A stretch of 64,000 bases of DNA from Adineta vaga. Its lineage: Eukaryota; Animalia; Rotifera. Made by a program: the position numbers and the translations under genes. Below the pieces are notes generated by a model. That model had not been told where the DNA came from and made no database searches. It saw only the letters and a list, made by a program, of their open reading frames with translations. Below, piece after piece: positions 26,311-38,837 of this stretch; position 1 is the first letter of the stretch, and the number at the start of each line of letters is the position of its first letter. The stretch spans positions 9,796,001-9,860,000 of the forward strand of contig CP075495.1 of assembly GCA_021613535.1 (NCBI GenBank). Direction: 5' to 3'.

Positions 26311-27235
26311 TTTTTGAGTATCAAATTAAAAAAAAGCGAGTTTGGAAGATTCTATCGCAATCGCAAAGGAAAAAATAAAAAATGACAAACAGGAATGTCT
26401 ATCGTATGATGTGAGTCAAACTCACCATCCGATTTGAATAGCGTTAGGCTAATCGGAGACGAACATGATCAAAAGGGAAAAGAAGAGTCGCTCGTTGCCA
26501 TTCTCGAAGAAAGAACGAAAAGAAAAAAAGTAGTTCTGGAAAACAATATCAATTCTATTCAAAGAGTATTTTCTCTTTTGTCTTTTTTTTATGTTATGTT
26601 TTTTTTCAATCTAATTATTAAAAATTTCTTTTCCTTATCAAGTAAGAACAAAACATACGCAAAATCTCATATTACTAAGTTTACAAATTTATTAAAATGT
26701 CAATGAGTACGTTCTTTTTCAATAGAATCTTACACACCACACTTCTATGAAAAGATTTTGAATGTATTAATTATTTCTTCACTTATTCTCGCTTCTTGTC
26801 AATCGATTGGAGTCTTTGACATTCTTAATGAAAATTGAACATGAGCCATATATCTTCAGCTAGTATCTGAAACAAAACAAAACATATAGTGACTTACATC
26901 TGTTGTATTTAACGCTGGAAGAGATAGTAAAATTGATAACAAAAGTTAGTAACCTTTTTTCGTATTTCCATTTGACTTATTCCGAAAAACTCAACAGATA
27001 TATGTCGACCTCTGTCGAAGTCGATTACGACGTGCGGAAATGCTATCAAAACAGAATCGTTATTTACTTTTTTTTCTCTTCTTCATTCATATTTTCAAAC
27101 TATCTAGCGCGTGTGTTGCAGTTTCGTTGTTATCTTGTTCCGTTGTTATTTTTTCTTCTTCTCATCTGTTGTGTATTGATGCTTGAATAACAAACGAACA
27201 ATCTAGTGTCATTTTCTACATATTAAATTTGAACA

Positions 27236-29877
27236 ATGGAAATGAACATATCAAATTGGAGATCCAATATTTTTAGTCAATTAAAAGAACAAAATCAACA
27301 AAGAAATGTTTATGATCATATTATTGAACATTGTATATTCCTTTGCTTCGTTTTAATCAGAAATTGATTTGTCTTTTATTATCATCCTAGACAATCGTAT
27401 TTTGGAAAATAATGCTATTTTACAAATACAATGTACTAAACTTCAAACGGATGTTCAGCATTTACGTTTAGCTAATGCTGGTTTAGAAAAGGCATCTGAA
27501 GCAAGGTATACTGTTGAATTCTTGTTACTGTTATTCGAAACTAGTTCTTTTCTGTTAGTCAAGAATTAGCTCATGCAAATGATAAACTATCCGTAGCACA
27601 AGAAGAAGTTGTTCGATATTTGCGAGATAATGGTGAAGTATGTCAAAATAATTTATTAATTGAATATATTTATCATCATTTGATTTTATAATTTTAGCTT
27701 GCTCGAGAAGTCGTCCGTTTGAATCATACCGTCACTGATCTAAATGATAAACTTATCTTAGAAGAAAATAAGTAATACAAGAAATATCACATCTTCTCAT
27801 TAATGTTCTTTTTTCTTCAAGAGCTCGAGAATATAAAATCGAAAATGATAAACTACATGAACAATTGAAAAAAACCGAACTTGAAATTGATGATCTTTCA
27901 CAAGTTAATCAAGTAAATTCTTGCTATTGTATTAAATAAATCATTGATTTATAAAATATTCAACTAGGTTCTTCAAGAAGAATTTCACGCTAGTCAAAAT
28001 AAGATTCATCAATTACAGATTGAATATAATCAAATAAAACCAACATCTCTTGAACTAGAACAACAATTAGAAACAGCAAAACGAACTAATAAACAAATGG
28101 AAGATGAATTAATTTTCTATAAAAATCAACGAGCATCTATGCATGATTTCGAATCAGAACAATTCAATCAGAAGTAGAAAAGAATTCTATTTTTATTATA
28201 AATAAAAATAGTTTCATTTATTTAGATTGCGAAAAGATTTAGCATTACAAAGACATTCAGAACCAGATGTATTTATTGATGATGATGATATGGTTATTAT
28301 TCCAGCATTTAAACAAACAATTGATTTACATCAAGATATTTTAATTAATTCTAGGTATGTAAATTATACTCGACAATATCTGTGATTATAGTTCGTATTA
28401 TATCTTATAGTTCATTGGGAAATAATCCGGAATCACTGTACTATTCATATGATGAATCAATGCATCGACAGAGAAGAGGAAGTCTGATTCCTAGTGGAGC
28501 AAGTTTATTTGGAAGTATTATGCGAAAATTAACAAACGGAGTGACAAATCCTACTAATGATCGATTGTATCGAACATCAACAACTTGTATTTCAGCATCA
28601 GTTCCACGACGAGAAGTAACACATTGGGTAAGAATAATTGCCATCGAAAGATTAGTAAATAGATTCAATCTTTGATGTTAAATGCCATTGAAAATCTATA
28701 CTTACTTGAGTTACCTTCTTCATGACTTTGATAATGAATAACAATTGTAAAATATTAGTTCTCCTTGTGAAATATAGGATTGTACTGAACTTGAAGTATA
28801 TGCTCTTGGATTTCAACCATCGGGTTCTCTATTAGCAACAGGTTGTAGTGATAAAATGGTACATCTATGGGAAATAACATCAACTGGTCAACAACATAAA
28901 TATTGTTCACTTAATGGTAGTCATGGAGCAATCAATACACTTGATTTTGACAATGAAGGAGTAACTAATACTTTAAAACATGTTCAGAAATAATATAAAT
29001 TTCTTATCTCGTATTAGAGTCGTCTCTTAGCTGGATGTTCGAATGATACTGTATATATTTGGTCATATGGAGAACAACGAATGCTCAAAGACGTATATAA
29101 AGGTCATCAAGGACTAATATTTACATGTAAATTTATTTCTGGAAGGAAACTAGCAACAGGTAGTGCTGATCGAACTATCAAGATTTGGGATTTACATAGT
29201 CGTCATTGTAAGAATTTAATGATTACATAGAAGAAGAATTGTAAATCAACGTTATTTTCAGGTACACGAACAATATTTGTTGGTTCGAAATGTCATGATT
29301 TAGTAGTCATCGATGCAGCTGGTACAATTATCAGTGGTCATTTTGATAAGAAAATTCGTATGTGGGATGCATATACCGATAAATGTCGAATAGAATTAAA
29401 ATATGATTCTGCTATTACATCGTTATCCTATAATCAAGGTAAAGCTAAGAGAATATTTCTAGTTTTTGCGTTTCAAAAATGGATAATTCTCTATTTCAGA
29501 AAAAAATCAATTACTTGCTTGTTTCAAAGATGATACATTAAAATTAATTGATTTAAGGCAACATAAAACAATTCATACATTTAGGTAAGAATCTCCAAGA
29601 GAAAATGACATTCTAAAACTCAACTCTTTCATTTAGTCATGATGATTTTAAAGTAAGCACTGATACAACCAGAGCGATTCTATCACCAGATGGTCAATAT
29701 ATTTGTGCGGGTTCTCAAGACGGTTCAATATTTGTATGGAATGCTGATAATCGAATTTGTGAAAATATTCTCAAACAAAAACATAGCACAATGGTCACAT
29801 CAGTTGCTTGGCAACCTGATGGCAAATATGTTGCCTCTTGTGAAAAACATCGTCGAGTGATTCTTTGGAGTCATTAA
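27236..29877 (+). CDS. ATG16: Autophagy protein ATG16L-like, paralog 1 (N-terminal helix, coiled coil, WD40 propeller)
   Basis: N-terminus WRSNIFSQLKEQN; coiled coil VNQVLQEEFHA; WD40 repeats [60 protein letters not shown]. Multi-exon, stop 29875-29877. Confidence 0.88.
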
Positions 29878-30055
29878 TTATTTGAATATTTCTTTTAAAT
29901 TCTATCGTTGTAATCCTTTTTTTCTGTTCTTTTATTTTATGTATCAAAAAGTAAAGTCATGTATATATCATTCTATTGGAAGAAAAATCGAATTAATATA
30001 GAGATTATTTTTTATATGTAATTTATTGTTTTCTGTTTTTTTTAGAGTAAAATCG

Positions 30056-32847
30056 ATGATGGAATGGAAACAAATTATATACAATCAGGTACGAGAACGT
30101 AATAGACAGGATCGAGATGTATATGCTGAAATTGTCAAACATTGTAAGTGACAAGTTTTTAGTATATATTATTGATGAAAAATATATTTATATGAATAGA
30201 TAATCGTCTAATTGAAAACTATTCCATAATCTTACTTCGATGTACGGATCAAGAGCGTGATATCTTATCGTTACGTCAAGAAAATACTGATTTACAAAAG
30301 AATAGTGTTAGGTAAGATTGATGTGAAAGAGAAATTTACAAGTCTGATTTATTTGCATTTTGTTTCAGTGTGGCTGGACTATCTGTAAATGATAAAGTTA
30401 AAACATTAGAAAATGATTATATGAAAGCGAAAGATGAAATTCTCTCATTATTACGAGAACGTGGAGATGTATGCTATTCTAGATGGTCTTTTCTGTTCTA
30501 TTCATTTTTGATTATATTTCATTAGATAACAAAAGAAGTCATTAGTCTTAGTCGAATTGTAAAAGAAAGAGATGATAAACTTGATTCCGAAGAAAAAAGG
30601 TTTGTAATCGTTAACTTTTTGAGAATTATTTTTATCTATTATTTCCATTTGTTTATAAAAGAAATCAGATGTTAACTAAAGAAAATTTTTCTTTAAAACA
30701 ACGACTTGATTCAGCAGAAGAAAAACTAAGTGTTCTACAAAAAGTTAATGAAGTAAGTCACATTTTAGATAACAAATATTTTGCAAATGATTTTCTTTTT
30801 TTGTTACTATAAAATTTTAATTTCTTTAGACAATACATGATGAATTTCAAGCATTACAACTAGCTTATAGTCAATTAGAAAGACGGCAACACGAATTAGA
30901 TGCTTCAAATGCTTTTTTACGTCGCGAAATGACTGAAAAAATTGAGAAACAAGCAAATGTATTAGATGCAGAAGTACAACAACATCAGAAGTTCATTTTT
31001 ATCATTTAAATCATTTCTATTTCCAACATAATCTAATGTTTTAGACGAATAGAAGATGATGTCAAACGAAAATTAGATGAAGCAAAAAATGATGTTACTA
31101 ATTTCACGTAAATACACTCGTGAATCTCCTTCAATTATCTTTCTTTTTTCCTTCTAGTTCACCCACAACAATGTCAACGTTCAAAAATACAAATCTCGAT
31201 GGCAAAATTCATCGATCCCCAGCAACAGCTGATTTCATGAAAGTCGTTGTTCCAACTAGAGCTATAGTCAAATGGGTCAGTTTCTAATAAATAAAAAAAA
31301 GATATTCTTGATGTGAGTGAGTATGCTTTTCACTGATTATTCTCGGTTTTTTTTATCATTTTAGGATTGTGGTGATAACGAATTACATGCGATTCAATTT
31401 CATCCATCTGGATCATTGATTGCAACGGGCGGAAGTGATCGAAAGATTCATATCTGGGAAATGAATGGACAGCAAGGTAATAATTGTGAAAAAGATCAAT
31501 CTGATTTATTTTATGTCGATACAGGTCAAGTGCAACAATCGTATGTTCTCACAGGAAATAATTCCACTGTAACAGCAATTGATTTTGATAATGAAGGTGT
31601 AAGTAATTGATGTTTCAGTTTGTGAAAAAGAAGAGAAGAGAAATATGTTTTTTTGTTGCTATATTTTAGACAAATTTAATTCTTGGTTGTTCAGAAGATT
31701 TTGCTTGTCGAGTTTGGGGTCTTGCTGATCAACGTCTACGCCATACATTAACTGGTCATGGTGCGAAAGTTTTTTGTGCGAAATTTATAACTGCAAGTTT
31801 AATTGCATCGGGTAGTCAAGATCGAACATTAAAATTATGGGATTTACAAAATCGTCAATGTAAAAATGAATTGAACTCTTTCTCTCTTTACGTATTGATT
31901 TGTATTTTTAGGCGTACGAACTCTATTTGCTGGTTCAAAATGTCATGACTTAGTTGCACATGATGCATCGGGTAGTTTGATAAGTGGACATTTCGATAAG
32001 AAAATACGTTTTTGGGATGCAAAAAATGATTCAACAAAATGTGAATTACAATTACAGGCAGCAATTACATCCTTAGCAATCAATCGAGGTGATTTATTTG
32101 ATAAAATTTATAAAGTTTGAAATATAAAGAAATTTTTTTATTTATTTAGAAAAGCATTTGCTGTTAGCATGCTCGCGAGATGATACATTGAAACTAATTG
32201 AACTCAGGGAAAATCGTGTTATACAAACATTTAGGTAAGAATTTGTCAAAGTAACGATAGATAGTTTTAATACAAAAGAATTCATTTTGGTTTGTTCTAG
32301 TCATGATGATTTTAAAGTGGCATCGGATACAGTCAAAGCTGTACTTTCTCCTGATTGTGCCTATGCATGTGCTGGTGGTAATGATGGAACCGTATTTATT
32401 TGGAATACTACTACAGGCAAAATTGAAAAAGTTCTCAACAAAGAACATTCGTAAGTTATTTTTTGGTAGAAAAGGAACGATTCGTTAGATAATCAAACCT
32501 AAAAAATGATGAGATATTTTCATCCTCTCGTCAACTTTCTAGTAGTTTATTACAAATTCCGTTCTTTCAAATGAGGTAATTGTTTTGTTTCTATTTAGCT
32601 CTTTGATAAATTTATTATTATCTCAGCAGAAAACAAAAGAGAGAAAATAAATATAAAACAATTGCTCATTGAATATTCATTTCGTGGTTTTGCTATATCT
32701 GCAAAAATAATTCCTTGGATTTGAAGAGTGATTTTCGTAATTTGTTTTGATTTTAGGTCAATTGTTAATGCGGTGGCTTGGCATCCTGATGGACGATTTA
32801 TTGCTTCATGCGAAAAACAAAGAAGAGCAATCCTATGGGGAGAGTAA
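30056..32847 (+). CDS. ATG16: Autophagy protein ATG16L-like, paralog 2 (more canonical)
   Basis: N-terminus [15 protein letters not shown]; [15 protein letters not shown] (cf. NQTLKDEYDALQ of ATG16L1); WD40 repeats [58 protein letters not shown]. Stop 32845-32847. Confidence 0.92.
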
Positions 32848-33450
32848 TGTGATAGAATCACTTCGAAAGCGTTGTTTGTTTATTTTTTTTCTCTCTGTAT
32901 CTCTATCTTTGTCTATTTTCCAATATTAATATATCGTTTCTTGTGAGAAAGAAAATCTATCAATTGTATTTCAATTTCTATTCAAGATTTATTGATTGAT
33001 CTATGTAACTAAATGAAGTTATAAATATAAACTGTATATTTTTTATTCAAATAGTTGTCATTAATATATAAAAATTTGTCTCAATAGATGAAATGATTCA
33101 AAATACGTATCAGATAGTATTGATCGACATATAAATTGAAATTTTGATCATTGTGTTATGCATCCATATCATTCGCATCGGGATCTGTTGGTAGGAATAG
33201 GAAACTACCGCCATCTAGATATAAAAAATTAAAATTAAAGCTTATAATTTAGATTGTTTTTACTTCGAAAAAATATTCATTTCCAGTATAAAGTACAGAA
33301 AAAAATTCCAATCACTGAATTACATCTTGACTATTTCGTTGTCATCGATTTTGTCAATTTTAATGGAAGATAGTTCGTTCATTTTGTCAAATATCTTCTT
33401 TTTTTCTTCTGTTACATTACATTTACACAGTTGATCTCTGAATCGTAGTC

Positions 33451-35421
33451 ATGAATAAAGATCCAAATATAGCTAAACAATTCATTATGTATACAAATGA
33501 TGCCGTCGAGGCAACATTTTCTGACGGTACAAAAATCTTTCTTGCACCATGTGCTACTGAATATGTTGTTCAACAAGGCAATCATACACAAGGTATAGAA
33601 TTTTACTAGTGAGTTTTTTCTTCAATCTTTGTTTTGCTCAGGTGTTATGACTACTAAACATCGCACGATTTTTACAACAAGTACATTATTACCACGAATT
33701 CGATCGATTTTAACATTTCGTAATCTATATGCTCAACAACCATTTCTCGTTCCAACACTCGTAGATTCCGATCAATGTTATGTAAGTAGATGCTAAATGA
33801 ATTGCTTGATGATTTTCTTTCTTCTTTTGTTCATTACAGCAGTCAACAGGTACAGCCACTCATGTTCGTTGGTCTCCTAATATCTCACTTCCCATGATAT
33901 CCGATAATGATCCAAGTCAAACATGGTCATGGACATCATTATGTGGTCGCGCACGAATTGATATTTCTCAATGTCGACAAATTATTTATGTAACACATCC
34001 TTTACAAGTATCACGTATTTTAACAAAAGAAAACAATGATACAAATATTCCAACAAAATATATTCATATATTTGCACCTGTTCGTCGATGTTTTTCATCA
34101 CAACGATTACCTGAATATCTCTCAAAATTTGTACATAAATGTTTTCAACTTATTGAGCATTTATCTAACAATCATAATTCATTCCATACTGATGACAACG
34201 ATGATGATGGTGAATGGAATTTTCAGTTACCTTTACCATTGCCAAGTTCATCATGTCCAAAAGCTCATCGTCATCGTTTACATCATGAAATGATGTTTGA
34301 ATCTGATATACATATTTTACAAACAACAATAGTGACGTATCGATTAGAATATGAACCATATACAAGTATAGAAGCATTTGTTCTTGACGAAAATAATCAA
34401 TATTTAATTGATTATGTTATTACGGCTGATATTCATTCAAGTTTTTATAATTATTATTCGATTAAAGATAAAGTATGTGATGAATTTGGTAATTTTGATA
34501 AATGAAGTTTCTTTTTTTCAGCAATGTCGTTTGTTGACATTATCAGAACATGCATTACCACCTCAAAATGAACAAATCTTTCAAATTATTCGTTTTATGT
34601 CCAATATGCGTCAGCGAATATTGAGTATGACTCGACGTGTTCAAGAACGACCATGTTGGTTACAAGAAGATGTTGTCTTAGATGCCAACATAAACGATAC
34701 AATTGATCAGATGGTAAATCAAACAATTTATTATAAAATTTCATAACGTTCGTTTTTTTTTTCTTTTTCTTGAAGAAATCATTTTCATTTGAGAATGAAA
34801 GTGATAGTGAAGAGAATATCTATCGTCAAACTTCCATTGTTAATATTGGATATTTTAAATATTTTCATGATAATCATGTTGAAATCAAATATTCAAATGG
34901 TTTTGTTTTATCTATGACACCAGAACAAGTCCATACTAGTCAAGTATGTATTATAAGAAATTTTTTGTTTTCTTCATCTATCTAAATCAAAATTTAGATG
35001 AATCCACATGTTGATTTTCAATGTCGAATAATCGATAAGAAAAAACAGAAAACTATCGATGTACTTGATGGTATATCTCAGCCTGGTTGTTATGAGCAGT
35101 AAGAGAATTATTTGATATGAAATTTGAATTCTCTAGTGATGATTTTTTTTTCTTATCGATAGATATATTTCTGCTGCAATTGATTGGTGTGTGTGGGTTT
35201 GGAATGAAAAACGAATGGAAGATCAGCGTAATTTAGAAACGAATGTTCAAGAAGAATTATTTCGTTTGAAACTTTTTACAAATATGATGGAAATTCAAGA
35301 ATATCAACAATCGACAGTTATATCTACACCAGTGACGAATTCAATTGAATATTATTCACCAGATGATATTAAACAACTTCTTGATCGAACAGCACAATTT
35401 ACACGAACAGAATCATCTTGA
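33451..35421 (+). CDS. C5orf34: C5orf34 homolog (uncharacterised conserved protein), multi-exon
   Basis: N-terminus FIMYTNDAVEATFSDGTKIFLAPCATEY, HRTIFTTS...ILTFRN...PFL, VRWS and LPLPLPSSSCPKAHRHR resemble recalled C5orf34 motifs (MILYEDDSV..DGSTLQLSPCGSEF, LPRALSLSCPVPHLHR). Confidence 0.78.
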
Positions 35422-37055
35422 TTTCCCTTTACGTCTTTAGATGAAATTGTATATTAGATTTGTTCATAATGAAATAGTTATTTTGTAAGGAAATTGAATC
35501 TTTGTTCGACGTCATGAAATGTTGAATGTTGGAAAAAGTCAAACCATCAATAGAAAAATAATTTAAAGAAGAATTACTTTGAAGAAAACGATTAGCTAAA
35601 TTTTGAAAGGAAAATGGTCGATTCTTCCAGACAATCAGCTTAGTTTTTATGTTTTGAGCATATAAAATGATGGATGACTGATTGAATAAAAATATGGAAA
35701 TGTGATGTTGTATCTCCCGTGGGAAACGAAGATATATCTCCTTGAATTTGGCATACGAGACAGCACTCACATCATCTAATGTTGTTCTGAATATGCGAAG
35801 AAAGTAGACACAAATTCCGTACAAAATATTTTAATATTGATACAGATCTATCTGTTGAATGACATTAAATGCGATAGAAATAGAACGATTAAAAACAGAG
35901 AACAAAGCATCATTTAATGAATTCTTTAAGAGAATTAACAAAATCTAGCAATTTTGCGAACTTATCATTCAGATTTAAATCCTTTTATATCTGCCAATTA
36001 CGTACTTATATATTTCCATATTCTGATTAATATTCATCTTCTAAAATAGGCATTAATAATTAAATTCTCATGGTCAAAGAAAAAATATACAAATATAGAT
36101 AATCTGAAGTACTTGTGTCGAAAGAAAATAATTAAATATGTGCATTTTAGATTTTGACAGGTGCTTATTTGCCTTTCATAGTATACTCTTAATAGTAAAT
36201 AAGAAGAAAGATCACTATGTTCAACGTATAGTGACTTGTTGAAAACTACGATTCTATATACATCGATTAAGAATCCACTTGCAAAATATTATGCGTGCCG
36301 TTCCACATTTGAAAAATAAGTACTTACATATTCATTTCCGTATAAAAGAAAAAAAAATCATGCTTCAGTCAGACGTTTACTTTTAATTAGTAGTTACTAG
36401 ACATATGATTAAAAGGTTAAGTTGACATCTGTTTTGCTTGAAAATCGTTATTAATTAAATCGTTTCATTTACCCTAAGGATTCATTGCATAGAATGTTTT
36501 TTTCTTTTCTTTCAGTCGATTTTTTAAATGATAATAGTAGACAGTATAAATTATTATTTTTCAATCTCTATAATAAAACAAAACGAGTTTTTCATTTGAA
36601 TTTTATATAAAATAAAAGTTATATTATTTTTCAAAGCAGAACAAGAACACAAAGAAAAAAAGTAAAACGAAATTGTTCGCGCAAAAAAAAAGAAAACAAA
36701 GATTTGAGAAGACAAAATGCTGCGAGTTGCGTAGAAAGCATACACACGCACATACACACAAATAAACAAACAAGGGCAAAACAAAAGAGAGAAAGAAGAA
36801 AAAACTCGATCATGTTTTCTTTTATTTCTATTTGTGGAACCGGTTGTGAGCATTGTATATATATATATATTGATTTCAAAGTTCACCGTCGTATACTTTT
36901 AAGAAAAATGACTGTTCAATAGAATTTTTATATACATACAAATATGAGTGTCGAGAACAATGCTTCATAATGTACATATACATCTATATAACAAATAATA
37001 AATAAACGATCTTCTCTCTCTCCCTCTCTCTTGTTTATACATGTATCACAGTATG

Positions 37056-38837
37056 TTATACAGTTGCTTCGAGACCACCACTACCGCGCGTATTTGTTCC
37101 TGGTTGATTATGGGAATGATGCACAGGAGGTGCTTGAAGATGACTATCACCATACAAATTTTCTAAATAATCTTGTCGTCGAATTTTTTCATTTAAACCA
37201 CTACAACGACAATAGATTATTTCTCGAAATGGTGTTCGAAATTCTCGATTAAATTTCGAATAAATTAATGGATTTAACATTGATGAAGTGTAACCAAACC
37301 AAAGTAAAACAGGATCAAGCCATTTCGGAACAATCAATTGTCGTGGCGTCCCTGTTAGACCTGTTATATACTCATGTAGTGGCTTTATTATTGCAAATGA
37401 CATAAATGGAAGCCAACAAACAATAAATGTTCCAAGAATTACACCTAACGTGCGAATGGCTTTTTGATTCGGTAAATGAACATGACGAAAAAATGAATAA
37501 CGTCTTGTGACAAATATCGATAGACGACCATTAAAAGGTGTACTAAGTCGTCTACCTAAACAACGGGAAGTTGAAAAACAACTGGTGGATTTCGTTTCAT
37601 CGCTTTTCTTTGACGAACGTCCACAAGTACGTTTTCCAGTTGATTGTTGTTCAGTTGCGGACATTGATGAACCATCATCATTTGCATTGTTATTATTCGC
37701 AACATTTAATAAATGTGGTGCTGAACAACTATTTCCATTTTGTTGTTGTTGAGCAAGTGGTGTCGTTACACTTGTTTGACCGACGTTTGTTGTTGAATTA
37801 TTATGTGTTAAAAACTGAGACATTTGAATACTTGAACGATTATCCATGGCTGTTTGGGCTGTTCGATAGATATTTGCATATATTATGAGTACAAAAATAA
37901 GAGGAATGTAAAATGAAAGCATCGTTGCAAATATTTGGTATTCTAATTTGTCGTTAACTTGACATCTCGGAAGGTTTTCTGATGGGCCTAAACAGATTTC
38001 AATAGTTATATAAGTTCTCTTTAGATACACAATCGTAAAAGATGGAAAAATCAAAATTCAGGATACTTACGACCCCAACCTAAAATGGGTGGTAATGAAA
38101 CAAGTGCACTAAGTATCCATACACCAGCAATCATCAAGGAAAGTAGTTTAACTTTACGCATTGGTGCATATTTAAAGGGATGATTAATAATACAATAACG
38201 ATCAATTGAAATAATAAGAAAATTCAAAATTGATGATGTGCATAGTAGAACATCCGTTGACGTCCATAAGTCACACATATGTGGACCTAAAACCCATTTG
38301 TTATTAGAAATCTCCAGCACTAGAATAAAATATAAGATCATCGAATTGTTTTTTTTTCCCGCTACTCTTACCCATTGCTAATGGCATTATAAATAAACCA
38401 ACAAACACATCACTAACAGCCAAACTTACAATAAGTATATTCGATGCAGTTTGCAATTTCCTTACAAGACAAACAGATAATATGACAACAAGATTTCCAA
38501 TGATAGTAATAATACTCATTAACGAGCAAACAGTAATAATTAAAACTAAATATGCAATACTACGAGGTTTTTCGGATAGACTCCTTTCGTTATCAGTTAT
38601 ATTTAGAAAACGATCATTGTTCGTTATTGTACTAATTGTTGACAACGTTACAGTTGTCGTTGATAATAATGTCGTCACTGATAGCATTCGTCGTCGTGGT
38701 GTACTAACAAATATTGCTGATGTACCATTTGTCAATACAACGGAAGATGATAATGAAGGATTTCGCGTGGAGAAATGGCAGTGACGGATGTTAATAATGA
38801 AATAATCGAGAATAATGAAAGAAATATTGATGTACAT
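37056..38837 (-). CDS. 5-HT7-type serotonin receptor (biogenic amine GPCR)
   Basis: Exons 38837-38372, 38319-38071, 37987-37056. GNLVVILSVCLVRKLQTASNILIVSLAVSD, amine-binding Asp in TDVLLCTSSI, DRY, YQIFATMLSFYIP, CWLPF, NPLIY, and a tail FNREFRTPFREIIYCRC typical of protostome 5-HT7. The start codon could instead be a downstream ATG. Confidence 0.9.

Noticed and set aside
26826-27090. Possible selenoprotein-like mini-gene on the minus strand (MNEEEKKNISARRNRLRQRSTYIC-TGA-VFRNK...)
   Set aside because: It needs introns of 25, 39 and 31 nt, shorter than any credible intron I identified here (about 45 nt or more). I saw no SECIS element and it resembles no known selenoprotein.
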